Both the position numbers and the translations under genes were made by a program. DNA of 64,000 nt from Anaeramoeba ignava BMAN (Eukaryota > Protista > Anaeramoebae), in NCBI GenBank assembly GCA_028826165.1, contig JAPDFW010000114.1, positions 682,001-746,000 on the forward strand, written 5' to 3'. The notes beneath the pieces were generated by a model that did not search any database, was not told the DNA's origin, and was given only the letters and a program-made list of their open reading frames with translations. Below are positions 61,544-64,000 of the stretch, one piece after another. Position 1 is the stretch's first letter. Each line of letters opens with the position of its first letter.

Positions 61544-63838
61544 ATGGGATTATTATTTACACTTAGTCGAGATTATTTCTTTCCATTTCTAATATTTACA
61601 ATTATGGTTATGAGTTTTTTCATTCCAGCATCAATTCGACCAAAACAAAAAGATTATGAAGAAATGAACTTAGCATATTCTGAACAAGAAAACAAAGGCG
61701 GACTTGATGGAACTTTAGATGGATTATTTTGGTTTGTTCAAGTTTCAGATATTCACATTAGTAAATTTGACCCAAGTTACGCATCAACACTTGAGAATGT
61801 ATGCACTAATTACATCCAGTCAATCAAACCTGATTTTGTGATTGTAAGTGGGGATATAACTGATGCAAAAGAAAGTGCGAAATATCCCAATCGAAACCAA
61901 CAAAACGAAGAAGAGTGGAAACAGTACAAATCAATACTCCAAAATTGTGGAGTCTATAATTCGTCATTCTGGTTCGATATCCGCGGCAATCACGATAGTA
62001 GCACTGTTCTCGCAAAAAACGCTGCTAATAACTTCTTTTATGATTACAGTCCTCAATCCACTTTTTTGAACTCAAATGGAAAACCTTCAGTTTATTCCTT
62101 TATTCATCATACCTCTTTCGGAAACTACCAGTTCGTTGCCTTGGATTTGTCGATATATCCACTTGTTTCTGGGCCATTGGGTTTCTTTGCGTTTCTTGAT
62201 TCAGAAAAATTGGATCAACTCGAATCAAATTTTGATTTGAATAAAAATTATTATCAATTAAATCAATCGATTATTTTCACTCATTCTCCTGTTGCTGCGA
62301 TCCAAAAGCAATCCACTAAATCCTCATCAGGCAAAACTTTCAAAAATTTGATCCAAGAAAACCGAGTTCTTGCGGTTCTTGATGGGCATTTCCATTACTC
62401 GGACATGTATTCAAGACTATATTCAAAAAAGGACACAATTTTTGATTTAGAACTCAATTCACTTCAAAATGATGGAATTATCAGAATATTCGCAATGGAT
62501 AATGATCTGTTTTCCTTCCAAGACAGCAGCACTTCTAACAAGGACGAGCCAATTATTGTGATCACAAATCCAAAGGACAGTCGGTTTATCAGTCAAAAGG
62601 AGCCTTTGTATAAAATCAAAGAATCAACTCACATTCGAGTTTTGATTTTTCATTCTTCCACTTTTAATCCTTCCAAAATTTCCTCTGTTTCTTGCGAAAT
62701 AGACGGCAAAAGTATCTCTTCTAACATGCAAAGAGTTGACCCAAATAAACCTCTCTTTGTTGCTCCGTGGAACCCTTCTTCTTACAGTCATGGAAAACAC
62801 GAAATAAATGTTGCGATCTGGGATTCAAATGGGAACAAAATTTCCTCACAAAAAAATGAATTCTCTGTCGATAAAACACCCTCTTTTCTGGGAATCAATT
62901 TGTACCAAATTGTCCAAAGAACAAATCTCTACGACTTCTTGCTTTATTGGGATATCATTCTTATTATTTTTTATCTTCTTCAATTTGGCATTTTGGCAAG
63001 ACTGATCAAAAAAATGATCCAAAAAAAGCAAAAAGGATTTGAAACATTTTCTCAGAAATTTGGAAAGAAATCCAAAAAGATGCGTTTTCTTCATTTCTTT
63101 CCGTATTCGTATCAATCAATGATTTGGAAATTTGGAATGATTCCAAAAAAAAAATGGATCGCAATTTTAATTTCTGGTTTGCTTTTTATTTTTGGTCCAA
63201 ATATTGCTGAAATGACACAAGGCAGATGGGGCGCTGCCTTTTTTTTCGGAGTTGGCTTCAATAACAGTATTCATATGTATTCGTCCATGCTGTGGTATAC
63301 TATGCTTGGAATCACAGGAGTCTTTCTTCCAACTTTGATCTTCGCAAGTCTTCCAGTTATCGAGCCCCCAAAATCTGATAATTTCCGACTCAGATTACTT
63401 TTCCATCCAGAGACTTTTGTTGCTCTCATCGGTACCGTTGGGTTTATGTTCTATTTCTCTTTTGATTTATGGAGCGGTTATTATCTTAGCTCTGTCTTCT
63501 TGAGTTTTGGTTTGTTTTGGCCTTCTTTTATTTGTTTTTGGATTATAATTGTTACTATTGTTCAAGATTATCGTAAAATTGATCATTTGAAAACTACCTT
63601 TTCTATTTTTGAGATTTCAAACGATAATGCTCAAGTTAATGATCCAGATATTGAAATGAATGAACAAAATGAAAATCAAAATCAAAATCAAAATGAAAAT
63701 CAAAATCAAAAACAAAATCAAAATGAAAATGAAAATGAAAATGAATATCAAAATCAATACCAAATTCAATTTCAAAATCAAAAAGATCAAAAAAATCTTC
63801 AATACAAAAATTTATTGAATAATTTGGATGAAAATTAA
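61544..63838 (+). CDS. TMEM62: TMEM62-like calcineurin-type metallophosphoesterase with C-terminal TM helices
   Basis: VSDIH, SGDITD, DIRGNHD, FTHSP and GHFH motifs; IVITNPKD, STHIRVLIF and PLFVAPWNP are typical of TMEM62; hydrophobic C-terminus. Confidence 0.85.
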   Translation: MGLLFTLSRDYFFPFLIFTIMVMSFFIPASIRPKQKDYEEMNLAYSEQENKGGLDGTLDGLFWFVQVSDIHISKFDPSYASTLENVCTNYIQSIKPDFVIVSGDITDAKESAKYPNRNQQNEEEWKQYKSILQNCGVYNSSFWFDIRGNHDSSTVLAKNAANNFFYDYSPQSTFLNSNGKPSVYSFIHHTSFGNYQFVALDLSIYPLVSGPLGFFAFLDSEKLDQLESNFDLNKNYYQLNQSIIFTHSPVAAIQKQSTKSSSGKTFKNLIQENRVLAVLDGHFHYSDMYSRLYSKKDTIFDLELNSLQNDGIIRIFAMDNDLFSFQDSSTSNKDEPIIVITNPKDSRFISQKEPLYKIKESTHIRVLIFHSSTFNPSKISSVSCEIDGKSISSNMQRVDPNKPLFVAPWNPSSYSHGKHEINVAIWDSNGNKISSQKNEFSVDKTPSFLGINLYQIVQRTNLYDFLLYWDIILIIFYLLQFGILARLIKKMIQKKQKGFETFSQKFGKKSKKMRFLHFFPYSYQSMIWKFGMIPKKKWIAILISGLLFIFGPNIAEMTQGRWGAAFFFGVGFNNSIHMYSSMLWYTMLGITGVFLPTLIFASLPVIEPPKSDNFRLRLLFHPETFVALIGTVGFMFYFSFDLWSGYYLSSVFLSFGLFWPSFICFWIIIVTIVQDYRKIDHLKTTFSIFEISNDNAQVNDPDIEMNEQNENQNQNQNENQNQKQNQNENENENEYQNQYQIQFQNQKDQKNLQYKNLLNNLDEN

Positions 63839-64000
63839 TAAGATTAAAAAAAGAAAATAATCTTTCTTTTCCTATTTTTGTTTTTTTCATAAATTAAAAA
63901 AAAAAATCCAAAATACTTTTTTTCCTTTTTTGTTTTAAAAGAACTTTATTTTGTTTTTTTTTTTTGGAAACTTTGAGTTAAAAGAAAAAAAAGTTTTGAA

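Noticed and set aside
1-64000. Stop-codon reassignment
   Set aside because: Long ORFs are open under the standard code and end in TAA, TGA or TAG; the breaks are explained by introns or single-base indels.

Overview
This is a very AT-rich, gene-dense eukaryotic window: standard genetic code, GT-AG spliceosomal introns, intergenic gaps often under 150 bp, and many introns and 3' flanks filled with 6-19 bp tandem repeats. The composition, the (QN)n/(EN)n tracts and a nuclear intein suggest an Anaeramoeba-like anaerobic protist; this is inference. About 20 protein genes can be reconstructed by manual splicing, in order: a partial gene, NOL11-like, ZNF511-like, nurim/MddA-like, an FG-GAP/FN3 surface protein (two inverted paralogues ~23 kb apart), CH+Mob-like, HEATR3/Syo1-like, C2-RasGAP-DUF547, RalGAP beta, membrane-anchored GH32, IQCD/DRC10-like, Nup50-like, PRP4, a UvrD/PcrA/Srs2-like helicase, TSET TTRAY2-like WD40, DH-PH-FYVE, ankyrin-DH-PH, a stand-alone voltage-sensor-like protein, PAS-coiled coil-RGS-DUF547, and TMEM62-like. 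The main result is a ~291-aa intein inserted in helicase motif III (GDDDQ|C...GN|CIYAFRGA) that is itself interrupted by a 97-nt spliceosomal intron, so the helicase needs both RNA and protein splicing. Other notable items are two different GAP-DUF547 fusions, a pore-less VSD-like gene hidden by repeat introns and a 17-nt micro-exon, and a duplicated surface receptor whose propeller has diverged. Several single-base frameshifts in A/T runs are most likely assembly errors. No rRNA, tRNA or CRISPR was recognised. All family calls come from motif recognition by eye, not from searches.
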